NCBI GenBank assembly: GCA_964586025.1
Contig: CAZPGF010000003.1
Coordinates: 10,032-74,031 of the forward strand
Reading direction: 5' to 3'
DNA from: an uncultured Planctomycetales bacterium
GTDB taxonomy: Bacteria > Planctomycetota > PLA2 > JAEUHO01
DNA: 64,000 bases
Shown: positions 22,075-34,487 of the stretch, in pieces
How positions within the stretch are numbered: the stretch's first letter is position 1
Layout of the letters: every line of letters starts with the position of its first letter
Position numbers and translations under genes: made by a program
The notes under the pieces: generated by a model
Database searches by the model: none
Seen by the model: only the letters and a program-made list of their open reading frames with translations
Told to the model about the DNA's origin: nothing

Positions 22075-22150
22075 GAAGGGCTCGTCCCTGCGGACGTGCG
22101 GCCTCGCCGATCGGGGACGCTCCGGCCGCCGTGTCGGGATCGAACGGATG
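22075..22150 (+). repeat. Copy c4 of repeat family E (partial, 5' half only)
   Basis: cggacgtgcggcctcgccgatcggggacgctccggccgccgtgtcggg matches c2 cgacgtgcggcttcgcagatcgggggcgcttaggccgccgtgtcggg. Sits between the folP stop and the trxB start. Confidence 0.6.
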
Positions 22151-22167
22151 CCCGCCGGCGCGAACGC

Positions 22168-22977
22168 TCAGGCGCGTCGGCGGATGGCGTCCAGCACGTC
22201 GAGCAACTGCCGGGTCGCGCGCACGTCGTGGACACGCACCGCGTCGATCCCCGCGTCGAACGCGCGTGCGACCGCGGCGAGCGAGCCGGCGACCCGCCGC
22301 TCCGGAACGGACTCGCCGGTAAGTTCGCCGAGAAAGCGCTTGCGCGACGCGCCGACGAGCACCGGCCCGGTCGCCGCGAACCGCTCGAGATGGGCGAGAA
22401 GGTCCAGGTTGTGCGCGGTCGTCTTGCCGAAGCCGATGCCCGGGTCGATCCAGATCCGCTCGACCCCCGCCTCCCGCGCTCGCGCGGCCCGCTCCGTCAG
22501 GAACGCGAGCACCTCAGCGACGACGTCCTCGTAGGTCGGCGCGTCCTGCATCGTGCGCGGCTCGCCGCGCATGTGCATCAGTACGAGCCCCGCTCCGGCG
22601 CGCGCGGCCGTCGCCACGAGTTCCGGGCTCCGACCGCCGCCGACGTCGTTGACGATGTCCGCGCCGGCGGCGAGCGCGGCCCGCGCGACCTCGGCGTGTC
22701 GCGTGTCGATGCTGATCGCGCCCGTGTCGCCGCCCTCGCGCAGCGCGCGGATCACCGGGACGACGCGGGCGATCTCGTCGTCGAGGGAGACCGGATGGGA
22801 CCCCGGTCGTGTGCTCTCACCGCCGATGTCGAGGACCGCGGCCCCCTCCGCCCGCAGCCGGCGCGCATGGGCGACGGCGACGTCGCGCTCGAGGAAGCGA
22901 CCACCGTCGCTGAACGAGTCCGGGGTCACGTTGACGATGCCCCAGACCGCGACGGCGGCCCGATCCGCATCGCGCAT
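22168..22977 (-). CDS. folP: Dihydropteroate synthase
   Basis: VWGIVNVTPDSFSDGGRFLE...LDIGGESTRPG...GADIVNDVGG...IWIDPGIGFGKT. Confidence 0.92.
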   Translation of the reverse strand: MRDADRAAVAVWGIVNVTPDSFSDGGRFLERDVAVAHARRLRAEGAAVLDIGGESTRPGSHPVSLDDEIARVVPVIRALREGGDTGAISIDTRHAEVARAALAAGADIVNDVGGGRSPELVATAARAGAGLVLMHMRGEPRTMQDAPTYEDVVAEVLAFLTERAARAREAGVERIWIDPGIGFGKTTAHNLDLLAHLERFAATGPVLVGASRKRFLGELTGESVPERRVAGSLAAVARAFDAGIDAVRVHDVRATRQLLDVLDAIRRRA

Positions 22978-22978
22978 C

Positions 22979-25018
<2,040 letters not shown>

Positions 25019-25088
25019 GGAAGGGCGCAGTCTACCCGCGAACGGCGCGACGGGCCGCCGCGGAGCCGGCCGGCCGCCCGCCGCCCGG

Positions 25089-25583
25089 TCAGAATGGGGC
25101 TTCGAGCGCGTCCACCGCGCGACGTGCCATGCGCCGCGTCCACGCCTCGATCGCCGGTCCTTCGAAGACGCGGCCCTCGGCGTCGGGGCGGTACTCCTCC
25201 AACTCGTTCACGACCGTGTCGCGCAGGACGCGACCCGAGGTCCGTTCGCGCAGCACGATGCGCAGGTGCCCACGAAGGCGCTTCTCGAGCGGACGGCGGG
25301 ACTCGTCCAGGCCGATCACGTCCTCGACGGCGTTCATCTCTCCTTCGAGGACGACGTCGGCCCTGGTCGGTTCGGCGATCGCGAACGTGCCGCGCGCGCG
25401 GAGTTCGTCGAGCACCGCGTGCTGCAGGCGCATCTCCAGATCGCGACGATAGCCGGCGTTGACGAACGGCAGGACGCCGATGGTCCGCGCGTGGACCGCC
25501 GACACCAGCGGCCGGCTCGAGTAGCCCTGGCAGCCGCCGGCGACCGACCCGAGGACCAGGGCGAGGACCAGACCCACCCGCAT
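25089..25583 (-). CDS. Lipoprotein (LptE/LpoB-like), function uncertain
   Basis: Lipobox [10 protein letters not shown]; [10 protein letters not shown] motif common in small periplasmic lipoproteins. Confidence 0.55.
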   Translation of the reverse strand: MRVGLVLALVLGSVAGGCQGYSSRPLVSAVHARTIGVLPFVNAGYRRDLEMRLQHAVLDELRARGTFAIAEPTRADVVLEGEMNAVEDVIGLDESRRPLEKRLRGHLRIVLRERTSGRVLRDTVVNELEEYRPDAEGRVFEGPAIEAWTRRMARRAVDALEAPF

Positions 25584-25584
25584 C

Positions 25585-26874
25585 TCAGGGGATCGAGGGA
25601 GGCGGGGGGGCGGGGAACTCCATCGCGCCCGCCGTCGCCGGATCGATCGGAGGCGGACTCGTCGGCCACTGGCCGGGGCCCGTCACCGGGGGCGGCGTCT
25701 CGAACGCGGCGTCGGGGGCGAGGGCCGGCGCGGGTTCGGCGCCGTGACCGGCCAGGATCCGCCGCGCCGCATCCTCGTAGATCCGCGCGGCGTTCGCGTC
25801 GCCGCTGCGCCGGTAGAAGTCGGCGGTGCGTCGCTCCTTCGCGGCGAGGGCGCCGCGGATCTGGCGCACGCGGCCCTCGGCGTAGGCGACGTGCTGCGCG
25901 TACTCGGTGCGGCGCACGGGATCGGGACGCACGACGTCGAGGAACGCCTCGAACTGCTCCAGTGCGAGTTCGGGGCCGGACTTCACGGGCCCCATGAACG
26001 CCGCCGCCTCCGCGCGAGGCAGCGACTCTCGCGGATCGCGATCGACGAAGCCGGCGTGGTACGGCTCCCCCTGGTCGCGTTCGAGGTAGGTGTCGCCGAG
26101 GGCGAGCCGGCTCATGTAGACCCACTCGCTCTGCGGATGCGCGATCAGGAGTTGCTTGTAGGTGAGCGCCGCGGTGTCGTACTCGCGCTCGCCCTGGTAA
26201 TGCCGTCCGAGGACGTAGAGGGCGTCGTCCGCGTAGAGGCCCGCCGGGAACGCCTGGGCGACGTACGTCAGCATCGACGTCGCGTTCTCGTCGCTTGCGA
26301 AGAACGAGAAGGTGCCCTCGCGGTTCTCGGCCAGCAGGCGGCGACCGCCCTCGAAGATCATCCGTTCGATGTCCTTGAGGTGCGGATTGACCGGTGCGAT
26401 CTGCATGTACGACTTCAACGACTCGAAGCTCTCGTACCAGGCGCGACGTCGGAAGGCCTGCACGCCGGAGCGATAGCGCGCTTCGGCGGCGCGTGCGAAC
26501 TCGGGGAACTCGTCGGCGATCTCGCGATAGATGGTCTCGGCGTCCTCCGGATCGCCGGTCCGTTCGGCCTGCGACCACATCGTGGTCGCCTGCTGCATGC
26601 GCTCGCGCCGCAGCGCCTCCGCCTCGGCGGCGGTCACCGGGTCGCCGCCCGCCTCGCGGTCGGTGCCGCGTCGGAGGGCCGGATCGTTGCGGTCGCCGCC
26701 GGCGACCTGATTCGGGATCCACGGGTCGGCCGCCCCGAGGTTGGCGATGTTCGAGAGCGCGTCGGTGCCGACGCCGTCTCCGGAGCATGCGGCGAGGGGG
26801 AACGTCGCGGCGAGCGCGACGGCGAAGCACAAGGGGGCGAGGCGCACGCGATCAGGGTACGCGCCGAGATTCAT
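25585..26874 (-). CDS. TPR-like lipoprotein (BamD-like)
   Basis: Start MNLGAYPDRVRLAPLCFAVALAATFPLAACSG (lipobox) set by frame arithmetic; TPR-like helical repeats; Pro-rich C-terminal tail. Stop overlaps the upstream recO stop/start region. Confidence 0.6.
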   Translation of the reverse strand: MNLGAYPDRVRLAPLCFAVALAATFPLAACSGDGVGTDALSNIANLGAADPWIPNQVAGGDRNDPALRRGTDREAGGDPVTAAEAEALRRERMQQATTMWSQAERTGDPEDAETIYREIADEFPEFARAAEARYRSGVQAFRRRAWYESFESLKSYMQIAPVNPHLKDIERMIFEGGRRLLAENREGTFSFFASDENATSMLTYVAQAFPAGLYADDALYVLGRHYQGEREYDTAALTYKQLLIAHPQSEWVYMSRLALGDTYLERDQGEPYHAGFVDRDPRESLPRAEAAAFMGPVKSGPELALEQFEAFLDVVRPDPVRRTEYAQHVAYAEGRVRQIRGALAAKERRTADFYRRSGDANAARIYEDAARRILAGHGAEPAPALAPDAAFETPPPVTGPGQWPTSPPPIDPATAGAMEFPAPPPPSIP

Positions 26875-27635
26875 GGGGACGTCATGCCCCCGGGACGCGG
26901 CAGGCTCGCGAGCAGGCGGGGGCGGCGCTCGAGGATCCACGGGACGAACCGGTCGTGGAGGGCCCGCACGAACGCGACCCCGCGCTGGTCGAGCGGCTCG
27001 CGGGCCAGGTCCCCGAGGCGTGCCGTGTAGAGTCGGTCGAGGACCTCGCGGTCGGCCCGCGAGACGCGCCGGGCGTCGCCCGGCGGGCGACACGCCGCGT
27101 GGACGAGCCCCCCGGCTTCGGCGTGGAACCAGGCGCCGCCGTCGATCGGACCGCCGCACGCGGCGCACCCATCGAGGGCGGGGCGATGTCCGCTCGCGGC
27201 GAGGGCACGGGCCTCGAACCACACCACCCAACCCGGCACCCGTTCCGGCGGGGCCCGATCGAGGAGGGCGAGAGCGGCCGTGCCGGCGCGAAACAGGTCG
27301 GGCGCGGGCAGATCCGGCTGCATCCAGGCGCGGAGGAGTTCGATCACGTACATCGCCGCCCGCCAGCGATCGAGGTGCGCGGCGAGGCCGTCGTGGACCG
27401 AGACGACGCGGAACGAGGTCAGCAGATCGAGATCACCGCGACGCCGTCGCAACGACGCCGCGCCGCGCATCGCCGTCGCCAGTCCGCCTCCGCACGCCGA
27501 CCCGGGACGCAGGGAGCCCTTGGCGAGGGCCGCCACGCGACCGCGTTCGGAGGTCGCGAGATGGACGATCTGGCTCGTCTCTCCGTACGCGACCCAGCGC
27601 AGCACGAGCGCGTCGATCGTCGGTTCGGGCCGCAT
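26871..27635 (-). CDS. recO: DNA repair protein RecO
   Basis: OB-fold N-domain ALVLRWVAYGETSQIVHLATSERGRVAALAKG and a zinc motif CAACGGP...HAAC. Confidence 0.85.
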   Translation of the reverse strand: MRPEPTIDALVLRWVAYGETSQIVHLATSERGRVAALAKGSLRPGSACGGGLATAMRGAASLRRRRGDLDLLTSFRVVSVHDGLAAHLDRWRAAMYVIELLRAWMQPDLPAPDLFRAGTAALALLDRAPPERVPGWVVWFEARALAASGHRPALDGCAACGGPIDGGAWFHAEAGGLVHAACRPPGDARRVSRADREVLDRLYTARLGDLAREPLDQRGVAFVRALHDRFVPWILERRPRLLASLPRPGGMTSP

Positions 27636-27675
27636 CGGTGCATCGTAGTGCGGCCGTTCCGAACGGCCGACTTCG

Positions 27676-29184
27676 CTACGCCCGCGTCACCTGGAGGCGT
27701 CGCACGGTGCGTTCGTCGGCCTCGAGCACGGTCAGCACGACCGACTCGATGTCGACGCGATCGCCCGCCTCCGGCACCTTGCCGAGTTCGTGGAACATGA
27801 GTCCGCCGACCGTCTCGTAGTCGTCGGTGATCGGCAAGCGCACGTCGAGGGCCCGATTGACGTCTTCGATCGCGGTGCGGCCGTCCACCTCGAGGCTGCC
27901 CCCGGCGAGTTGTTCCGGTGTCGGCGGCAGGGCCTCCACCTCCTCGTCGTACTCGTCCTGGATGTCGCCGACGATCACCTCGACGAGGTCCTCGATCGTC
28001 ACGACGCCGGCGACCCGGGTGTGCTCGTCGACGACGACCGCGAGATGGACCTTGCGCACCTGCATGTCCTTCAACAGGTCCACGACGAGTTTGCCCGATG
28101 GAACGAAGTACGCCGGGCGCATCAGTTGGGCCACGGTCGGCGCGGCGCCACCGACGATGCCGCGATCGCGCCAGCGGTGGAGCAGATCGCGGGCGTAGAG
28201 CACGCCGACGATGTCGTCGCGGTCGCGACGATGCACCGGAATCCGGCTGTAGCCCTCGGCATTGACCCGATCGACCGCATCGTCGAGAGAGTCCGTCTCC
28301 GCGACGGACACCATGTCGCCGCGGAGCGTCATGACGTCCTCGACCCGACTCGACTTCAGCGAGAGGATCGAGCCGATCATCTCGGCCTCCGCGGCGCTGA
28401 ACGATCCTTCCCGCTCGCCCTCCTCGACCGACTCCTTCACCTCGTCGCGGGCCGTGGAGGGATCGTCCTCCAGGCGGACGCGGAACAGGAGCCGGACGAG
28501 TCCGGCGAGCGGGACGCGCAGCGGCGTCGTCGCCCAGGCGAGCACGGAGAGCACCGGCAGGAGTCGATGCACCGTCCGCTCGGGGGCGCGTTCGGCGACG
28601 ATCCGCGCGAGGACGTCGTTGACGAGGAACGTCAGGCCGAAGGCGGCGAGGACCGCCGCCGCGGCGGGAAGGATCGGGAGGTACCCGTCGCTTCGTCCCT
28701 CCCATCGGAAGACCATGTAGCCGAGCGCGAGGACGAGCGTCGCGTTGCCGAGGTAGCGGACGAGCCGGGCCGTGAAGCGCAGCGTCGCGAAGCGGCCGAG
28801 GCGGCGCTCGAGCAGGCTGCGATCGGATGGATCCGCCTGTTCCAAGAGCCGTGCGCGGCTGACGTGGTCGAGGGCCGAGTCGGCCGTCGCGCCGAGCCAT
28901 GCGAGGACTTCGGCGAGGACGAGGACGACGCCGAGCGTCAGTTCGCCGGGGAAGATGCCGACCGGGAGCAGGGCACCGAGCGGAACGAAGGGGACCAACA
29001 GCCCGGCGGAGGTGGCGAGTCGAGTCGGCGCGATGGGCGGCGCAGCGTGCGGCGCGGCGTGCGGCGCGGGGTGCGGCGCGCTGTGCGGCGCCCCGTCGGG
29101 CGCGGCGCGACCTGGTGGGTTGAACGCGCCGGGTCCGACGGTGGTGTCGGGGGGGGCGAACGTTCCGGACGAACGTCGAGGCAT
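27676..29184 (-). CDS. CNNM/DUF21-CBS-CorC_HlyC family membrane protein (hemolysin/CorC-like)
   Basis: N-terminal TM domain, CBS pair region (DVMTLRGDMVSV...IPVHRRDRDDIVGVLYARDLL) and C-terminal transporter-associated domain. Confidence 0.82.
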   Translation of the reverse strand: MPRRSSGTFAPPDTTVGPGAFNPPGRAAPDGAPHSAPHPAPHAAPHAAPPIAPTRLATSAGLLVPFVPLGALLPVGIFPGELTLGVVLVLAEVLAWLGATADSALDHVSRARLLEQADPSDRSLLERRLGRFATLRFTARLVRYLGNATLVLALGYMVFRWEGRSDGYLPILPAAAAVLAAFGLTFLVNDVLARIVAERAPERTVHRLLPVLSVLAWATTPLRVPLAGLVRLLFRVRLEDDPSTARDEVKESVEEGEREGSFSAAEAEMIGSILSLKSSRVEDVMTLRGDMVSVAETDSLDDAVDRVNAEGYSRIPVHRRDRDDIVGVLYARDLLHRWRDRGIVGGAAPTVAQLMRPAYFVPSGKLVVDLLKDMQVRKVHLAVVVDEHTRVAGVVTIEDLVEVIVGDIQDEYDEEVEALPPTPEQLAGGSLEVDGRTAIEDVNRALDVRLPITDDYETVGGLMFHELGKVPEAGDRVDIESVVLTVLEADERTVRRLQVTRA

Positions 29185-29244
29185 GGGCGCGGGGGGGCTC
29201 CGTACGGCGCGCCGGCTCGAATCGAAACCGGCGGGGGAGACAAC

Positions 29245-29892
29245 CTACCTGGAACGCGGCCCGAGGCGCAGTCCGCGGACGGCAACGCGATCGGAAGCCG
29301 CCGTGCGGCCTCCGGCGGGCGCCCCGGCTCGCCGCAGCGCCTCGGCGATGCGCGGCGAGAGCCCGCCCGCGTCGGCGTTCGCGACGAGCCTCCCCTGCTG
29401 GATGTGGCAGATGGCGAGCGCGAGCGCGTCGGCCGCGTCGGAGGCCGTGACGGGGTTCTCGAGGCGGAGGATGCGTTGGACCATCGCCATCACCTGCGCC
29501 TTCGACGCGCGGCCGTTCGCGGCGACCGCCTTCTTGACGACGTTGTTCGCGTAGCCGGTCGCGGGCACGCCGGCTTCGGCCAGGACGAGGTGGATCGCGC
29601 CGCGCGCCTCACCGATCCGCTGCGCCGCGCGCGCATCGCGTCCGTAGAACGCCTCCTCGAGTGCCGCGGCGACCGGACGATGCTCCGCGACGATCCGGCG
29701 CAGGGCGGTCGCGAGGGTCAACAGCCGTCTCGGCACGGGCAGGTTCGCACGGGCCGTGAGCACGCCGTGCCCGTGGGAGATCAGGCGCGCGCCGGACGAC
29801 TCGACGACGGCCCAGCCGAGATGGCGCGTTCCCGGATCGATCCCCAACACCGGGCCCGACGAGCTCGCTCGCATCGGATCGTGACGCACCAT
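29245..29892 (-). CDS. ruvC: Crossover junction endodeoxyribonuclease RuvC
   Basis: VLGIDPGTRHLGWAVVE...AVAANGRASKAQVMAMVQRIL...DAADALALAICH. Start MVRHDPM set by frame arithmetic. Confidence 0.9.
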   Translation of the reverse strand: MVRHDPMRASSSGPVLGIDPGTRHLGWAVVESSGARLISHGHGVLTARANLPVPRRLLTLATALRRIVAEHRPVAAALEEAFYGRDARAAQRIGEARGAIHLVLAEAGVPATGYANNVVKKAVAANGRASKAQVMAMVQRILRLENPVTASDAADALALAICHIQQGRLVANADAGGLSPRIAEALRRAGAPAGGRTAASDRVAVRGLRLGPRSR

Positions 29893-29968
29893 GGGCGGAT
29901 CGTACGAGCAAATCGTCGCAGGCCGCGAAAGCGAATTCGGGCGTCGCACTCGGCGCCCGCGTGCCTCG

Positions 29969-30649
29969 TCATGTCCGGAGGAAGCGCGCCCGAAGTGCTT
30001 CGAGATCCTCGCGCGTCGTGATCTTCGCGAGGTTCGGATCCCCGACGACGGCGACGACCGGATGGCCGGCCGCGAGCAGCATCGCGGCCTCGTCCGTGTA
30101 CTCCATGCCGTCGCGCGCCGCTCGCGCGAGCGCGTCGCAGAGCAGCGCGCGTCGAGCGCCCTGGGGCGTCTGTGCGGCGACGAGCGCGGCGCGCGGCGGT
30201 GCGGGGCGCAGCGATGCCGGGCGATCGACGTCGGGCATCCGTTCGACCCCGTGGATCGTGTCGGTGACCGGAAGGACGGGCACCGCGGCGCCCGAGGCGG
30301 AGATCGCGGCGACGACGCGATGGACCACCGCCGCCGGGACGATCGGTCGCGCGGCGTCGTGGACCAGGATGGGATCCGCGTCGTCGGGGAACGCGGCGAT
30401 CCCCGCCGCGACGCTCGCCTGCCGCGTCGCGCCGCCCGCAACGACCAGGGCCTCGGGCAGGAGGGAACGGATCCGATGCTCGTGCGCGGGCGGTGCCGCG
30501 ACGACGAAGGTCGCGTCGGGAAGCGCATCGCGGAGCGCGTCGAGCGCGAGGCGCAGGAGCGTCCGCCCGTCGATCTCGGCGAGCACCTTCGGCTCACCGG
30601 CACCGAAGCGCGTCGAGGCGCCGGCCGCGGTCAGGAGGACGCCGATCAC
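29969..30649 (-). CDS. ispD: 2-C-methyl-D-erythritol 4-phosphate cytidylyltransferase
   Basis: VIGVLLTAAGASTRFGAGEPKVLAEIDGRTLL...HDAARP. GTG start at 30649 set by frame arithmetic; no in-frame ATG nearby. Confidence 0.8.
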   Translation of the reverse strand: MIGVLLTAAGASTRFGAGEPKVLAEIDGRTLLRLALDALRDALPDATFVVAAPPAHEHRIRSLLPEALVVAGGATRQASVAAGIAAFPDDADPILVHDAARPIVPAAVVHRVVAAISASGAAVPVLPVTDTIHGVERMPDVDRPASLRPAPPRAALVAAQTPQGARRALLCDALARAARDGMEYTDEAAMLLAAGHPVVAVVGDPNLAKITTREDLEALRARFLRT

Positions 30650-30723
30650 CGCGGGAAGGTACCGCGGTTCCGCGGTACGCTCCTCATCCGGCTCGGTTCG
30701 CGGGCCGCGCGGAGGCGGCGTTC

Positions 30724-31203
30724 GTGCGAGTCGGCATCGGGTACGACGTCCATCCGTTCGAGCCGGGTCGCACCCTCGTGCTCGGCGGCGTGAAGGTCGA
30801 GGGGGCGTGGGGGCTGCGCGGCCACTCCGACGCCGACGCCCTCCTCCACGCGATCGGCGACGCGCTGCTCGGCGCCGCCGCCCTCGGCGACCTCGGAGAC
30901 CACTTCCCCGACACCGATCCGCAGTGGCGGAACGTGCCGTCGGCGGCGATCCTCGCCGAGATCCTCGTGAAGGTCCGCGCACGCGGATTCGAGCCCGCCC
31001 ACGTCGATGCGACGGTCGTCGCCGAGCGGCCGCGGCTCGCGCCGTACCGCGCGGAGATGACCGCGCGGATCGCCTCGCTGCTCGGGCTCGCGCCGGACGC
31101 CGTCAACGTGAAGGCGACGACGCACGAAGGGCTCGGTGCGGTCGGGCGCGGCGAGGGCATCGCCTCCCTCGCCGTCGTCTCGCTGCGGGAGGCTCGCTCG
31201 TGA
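30724..31203 (+). CDS. ispF: 2-C-methyl-D-erythritol 2,4-cyclodiphosphate synthase
   Basis: VRVGIGYDVHPFEPGRTLVLGGVKV...GHSDADALLHAIGDALLGA...FPDTDPQWRN. GTG start set by frame arithmetic; divergent from ispD rather than fused or co-directional. Confidence 0.88.
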   Translation: MRVGIGYDVHPFEPGRTLVLGGVKVEGAWGLRGHSDADALLHAIGDALLGAAALGDLGDHFPDTDPQWRNVPSAAILAEILVKVRARGFEPAHVDATVVAERPRLAPYRAEMTARIASLLGLAPDAVNVKATTHEGLGAVGRGEGIASLAVVSLREARS

Positions 31204-31799
31204 CGAGGGCGTTCCTCGCGGCGCTCGCGAGCTGCACGCTTGCGGCCTGTTCGAGCGGGATCGACACGGAAGCCGTGCTCGACTCGCTGGGGACCGTCGC
31301 GACGTTGCGCGGCAACACGATGTCGGACCTGCGGCAACAGCGCGGGCGCGGTCCGTTCCGCGAGTACGACGTCCCGCCTCTCGACCTGCTCTCCGCGGTC
31401 GAGGAAGCGGCCGGGCGCGCGCGCGGCCGCGGCGGACGGCGGGTCACGGCGATCTTCGCGTCGAAGGGCCGACGCGAGGTCGTGGCCAAGGAGCGCGCGG
31501 CCGAGGACGCGAACGACGCCTCGTACGATGCGCCGTTCCTCTCGGCGATGCTCGCCGTCGTCCACACGGTGCCGGGGAATCCGAAGCGTTCGCGACTCGA
31601 GATCCACATGACGCACTCGGGGCCGTTCCACATCGGGGCGGTCGATTGGCGGCGCGATCTGCCGGGCTGGATCGATGCCGTTCTGGCCGAGCGCGCCGCC
31701 GACGCAACGGCGGCGAAGGACGCGGCGAAGGGTGCGGAGAGCGCGGCTACGAACGAGCCGGCGGCGTCCCCTCCGGAGCCGGACTCTCCCGCACCGTGA
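31200..31799 (+). CDS. Hypothetical lipoprotein
   Basis: GTG overlapping the ispF stop (GTGA). Lipobox [15 protein letters not shown]; Ala/Lys-rich C-tail. Confidence 0.55.
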   Translation: MTRAFLAALASCTLAACSSGIDTEAVLDSLGTVATLRGNTMSDLRQQRGRGPFREYDVPPLDLLSAVEEAAGRARGRGGRRVTAIFASKGRREVVAKERAAEDANDASYDAPFLSAMLAVVHTVPGNPKRSRLEIHMTHSGPFHIGAVDWRRDLPGWIDAVLAERAADATAAKDAAKGAESAATNEPAASPPEPDSPAP

Positions 31800-32235
31800 C
31801 CTTCGTCATGCGATCCCCCTCGCGGATCGCCTGGACCACGTCCATTCCCTGGGTGACTCCGCCGAACACGGTGTGGACGCCGTCGAGGTGGGGCGTGTCG
31901 CGCAAGGTGATGAAGAACTGGCTACCGCCGGTGTCCTTGCCGGCGTGCGCCATCGACAGCGCGCCCGGGCCGTGACGGCGGGGGTTGTTCTTCGTCTCGC
32001 ATGGGATCGTCCAGCCGGGGCCGCCGGTCCCCGCGCGACCGCGCGCGCCGGGGCGCGTGTTCGGGCAGCCGCCCTGGATCACGAAGTTCGGAACGTAGCG
32101 GTGGAACGAGAGGCCGTCGTAGAAGCCGTCCCGGATCAACCGCACGAAATTGGCGACGGTCTTCGGAGCGTCCTCGGGATAGAGCGCGAGGACGATGTCG
32201 CCCTTCGTCGTGGTGATCGTGACCTCGGTGGACAT
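31747..32235 (-). CDS. Peptidyl-prolyl cis-trans isomerase (cyclophilin type)
   Basis: [22 protein letters not shown]...[13 protein letters not shown]...[20 protein letters not shown]. Start MSTEVTITT set by frame arithmetic. Confidence 0.9.
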   Translation of the reverse strand: MSTEVTITTTKGDIVLALYPEDAPKTVANFVRLIRDGFYDGLSFHRYVPNFVIQGGCPNTRPGARGRAGTGGPGWTIPCETKNNPRRHGPGALSMAHAGKDTGGSQFFITLRDTPHLDGVHTVFGGVTQGMDVVQAIREGDRMTKVTVRESPAPEGTPPARS

Positions 32236-32336
32236 GGGAAACTCCGTCGGACCGTCGTGACGCGTGCGTTTGTAACCTCCTCCGTGCGCGCGGCGTTGGA
32301 ATGGGCGACCCGCCCGGGAGAAGACTCGTGATCCGC

Positions 32337-33521
32337 ATGCGCCGCCTCGTGAACCGCTCCGCGCTCGCCGCCGCCATCGTCGGTCTCGGCGCCGTCGTCG
32401 CTCCGACGACGCGCGCGGGGGACGAGGCGCCTCGTGCCGCGCTCGAACGTCGGATCGCCGCGCTCGCGCCGGACGACGCGGCGGCCGCGTATCGGGTCGC
32501 TCTCGACGCGGAAGCGCTGGGTGCGGGGGATCTCGCGCGCCGCGCGTACGAGGCCGTCGTACGCATCGATCCCGACCATCTCGCGGCACGGCGCGCGCTC
32601 GGACACGAACGGATCGGCGGGCGCTGGCTCGGCGGCGACGACGCGATGCGCGCGAAGGGCTTCGTGCGGCACGAGGGCCGCTGGCTCTCGTCGGAGGAAC
32701 TCGCCGCGCTGACCCGCCCCGAGCGGGACCGGGCCGAACAGCGCGAGGGCGAGGCGCGCGTGCGCGCTCTGCTCGAACGGATCGCGTCGGACGACGAGGC
32801 GACGGTCGCCACGGCGCGCCGCCGCCTCGCGGCGGAGGACGACCGCTTCAAGCTCGCTCCCCTCGCGTTCGCCCTCCGTCTCGACTCGGTGCCGTTGCGA
32901 CGGTACGCGGCGTCGGAACTCGGTCGCCTCGGCGATGAGCGCGCGATCCCCGCGCTGCTGAAGCGCGCCATCGTCGATCCCTCTCCGGAGGTGCGGGTCG
33001 CGGTCGCCGACGCCCTTCGTGCGATCGACAGCCCCGACACCGTCCATCCGCTCGGTCGCGCCCTCGCCAGCAACTCGGCGGAGGTGCGCCGTCACGCGGC
33101 GGAAGCGCTCGGACGCCTCGGCGACGTCGCGGGCATGGGGTACGTCCTGCATCGCTGGAGCGCGACGTCGGGCGACTTCCCGCGTGCGTACTTCGCGTCG
33201 GTCAGCCAGGTCTCCTACATCCACGACTTCGACGTCGAGGTCGCCGCCACGTCGTTCATCGCCGATCCGGTGGTCGGCGTTCTGCAGGAGGGCGTCGTAC
33301 ACCCGGTGAAGGTGCTCGGCGTCGAACACGAGTTCTCGACCCTCGAGCGGGTCGCCTACGAGGGCGCGCTGAAGGGGATGTCGGGCCTCGATCTCGGCAG
33401 CGATCGGAAGGCGTGGATGCGCGCGTGGCACGAGGAGAAGGACCGCCTCCTCGCCGAGCGGGAGGCGGGATTCCGCGAACGCCGCGAGCGTCGTGTCGCC
33501 GCCGCCGCCGCCGCGGAGTAG
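32337..33521 (+). CDS. Secreted HEAT/PBS-lyase-type repeat protein
   Basis: Signal peptide [28 protein letters not shown]; repeated [43 protein letters not shown]-type HEAT-like units. Confidence 0.65.
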   Translation: MRRLVNRSALAAAIVGLGAVVAPTTRAGDEAPRAALERRIAALAPDDAAAAYRVALDAEALGAGDLARRAYEAVVRIDPDHLAARRALGHERIGGRWLGGDDAMRAKGFVRHEGRWLSSEELAALTRPERDRAEQREGEARVRALLERIASDDEATVATARRRLAAEDDRFKLAPLAFALRLDSVPLRRYAASELGRLGDERAIPALLKRAIVDPSPEVRVAVADALRAIDSPDTVHPLGRALASNSAEVRRHAAEALGRLGDVAGMGYVLHRWSATSGDFPRAYFASVSQVSYIHDFDVEVAATSFIADPVVGVLQEGVVHPVKVLGVEHEFSTLERVAYEGALKGMSGLDLGSDRKAWMRAWHEEKDRLLAEREAGFRERRERRVAAAAAAE

Positions 33522-33572
33522 GCCCGCGCACGCCGGGCTTCAGGGGGTTCGGGCTTCCCTGGCCCCCCCGGG
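33522..33572. terminator. Candidate bidirectional terminator between convergent HEAT-protein and ABC permease genes
   Basis: ccgggcttcagggggttcgggcttccctggcccccccgg contains G-run / C-run inverted symmetry in a 50-bp convergent gap. Confidence 0.3.
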
Positions 33573-34487
33573 TCAGTCCTTGAGGGGCCAATCGCGCTGT
33601 CGCACCGAGACCATGCCGAGGAGCAGGAAGGAGAGACCGATCGAGAGCAGCACGATCAGAGCGGTCGGTCCGTCGAGGTACTCGGTCTGGCTGAACAGGG
33701 CTGGCAGGTTCTCGGCGTCGCGATCGCTCGTCGATGCCCGGACGGCACGCGCGGTCGAGGGACCGAGCGTCGAGAAGCCGGGGCCGCACCACGACACGAG
33801 CAGGGCGCGGACGTGGTGGCCGATCGATGCCCTCTGCAACGTGCCTGGAACCGCCGCGAGGAACCCCTCGATCACGAATGTGTAGACGAGGCCGATCACG
33901 ATCCCGTGGCGCGCCATCGCCGCGAGCGTGAAGTAGACCGCGGAGAGGACGAGCATCGCGACGATCGTCAGCGCGAACAACCCGACCCAGGCCTCCGAGG
34001 GCACGGCCACGCCCGACGCGAGGAGCGTCGCCGACATGCCCGCGACCGCGATGGCGATCAGAAGCGGCAGGCAGCCGACCCATCGTGCGAGGAAGATCGT
34101 CCCGCGACCGACCGGGCGCGCGAGGTGGTAGACGAGCGTCCGATCGCTGCGCAGGCGGGCGAAACCCTGCGAACCGATCAGGAGCGCCAGGAGCGGGTAG
34201 ACCATCGACACGACGAACTGCGAGAGGGCCGTCCACAGTTGGATGGCGCTTCGATCGCCGTCGTCCGTCGCCCCGCCCGAGGAGGGGGGGCCGAAGTCGA
34301 TGCGCGCCATCCGGCCGAGGACGATGCCGACCGCAACGGCGCCGATTGCGAGGAGCGCGACACGACGTCGCCGCCAGCCTTCGCGAAACGCCTGGCGACT
34401 CAGGGCGCGGAACCCCGCGAACGGTCGAGGCGCGACGACCGCGTCACGGGGGAGGGCGGTCTCGAGGGCGGAGGATTCGTCGATCAT
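33573..34487 (-). CDS. ABC-2 type transporter permease
   Basis: Six predicted TM helices, ABC-2 family layout; stop overlaps the start of the upstream ATPase. Confidence 0.75.
   Translation of the reverse strand: MIDESSALETALPRDAVVAPRPFAGFRALSRQAFREGWRRRRVALLAIGAVAVGIVLGRMARIDFGPPSSGGATDDGDRSAIQLWTALSQFVVSMVYPLLALLIGSQGFARLRSDRTLVYHLARPVGRGTIFLARWVGCLPLLIAIAVAGMSATLLASGVAVPSEAWVGLFALTIVAMLVLSAVYFTLAAMARHGIVIGLVYTFVIEGFLAAVPGTLQRASIGHHVRALLVSWCGPGFSTLGPSTARAVRASTSDRDAENLPALFSQTEYLDGPTALIVLLSIGLSFLLLGMVSVRQRDWPLKD

Noticed and set aside
29961-30700. N-terminal 400 aa of track ORF 29961..31799(+)
   Set aside because: Antisense to ruvC and ispD. Only the last 199 codons (31200..31799), with lipobox and SD context, look like a real gene.
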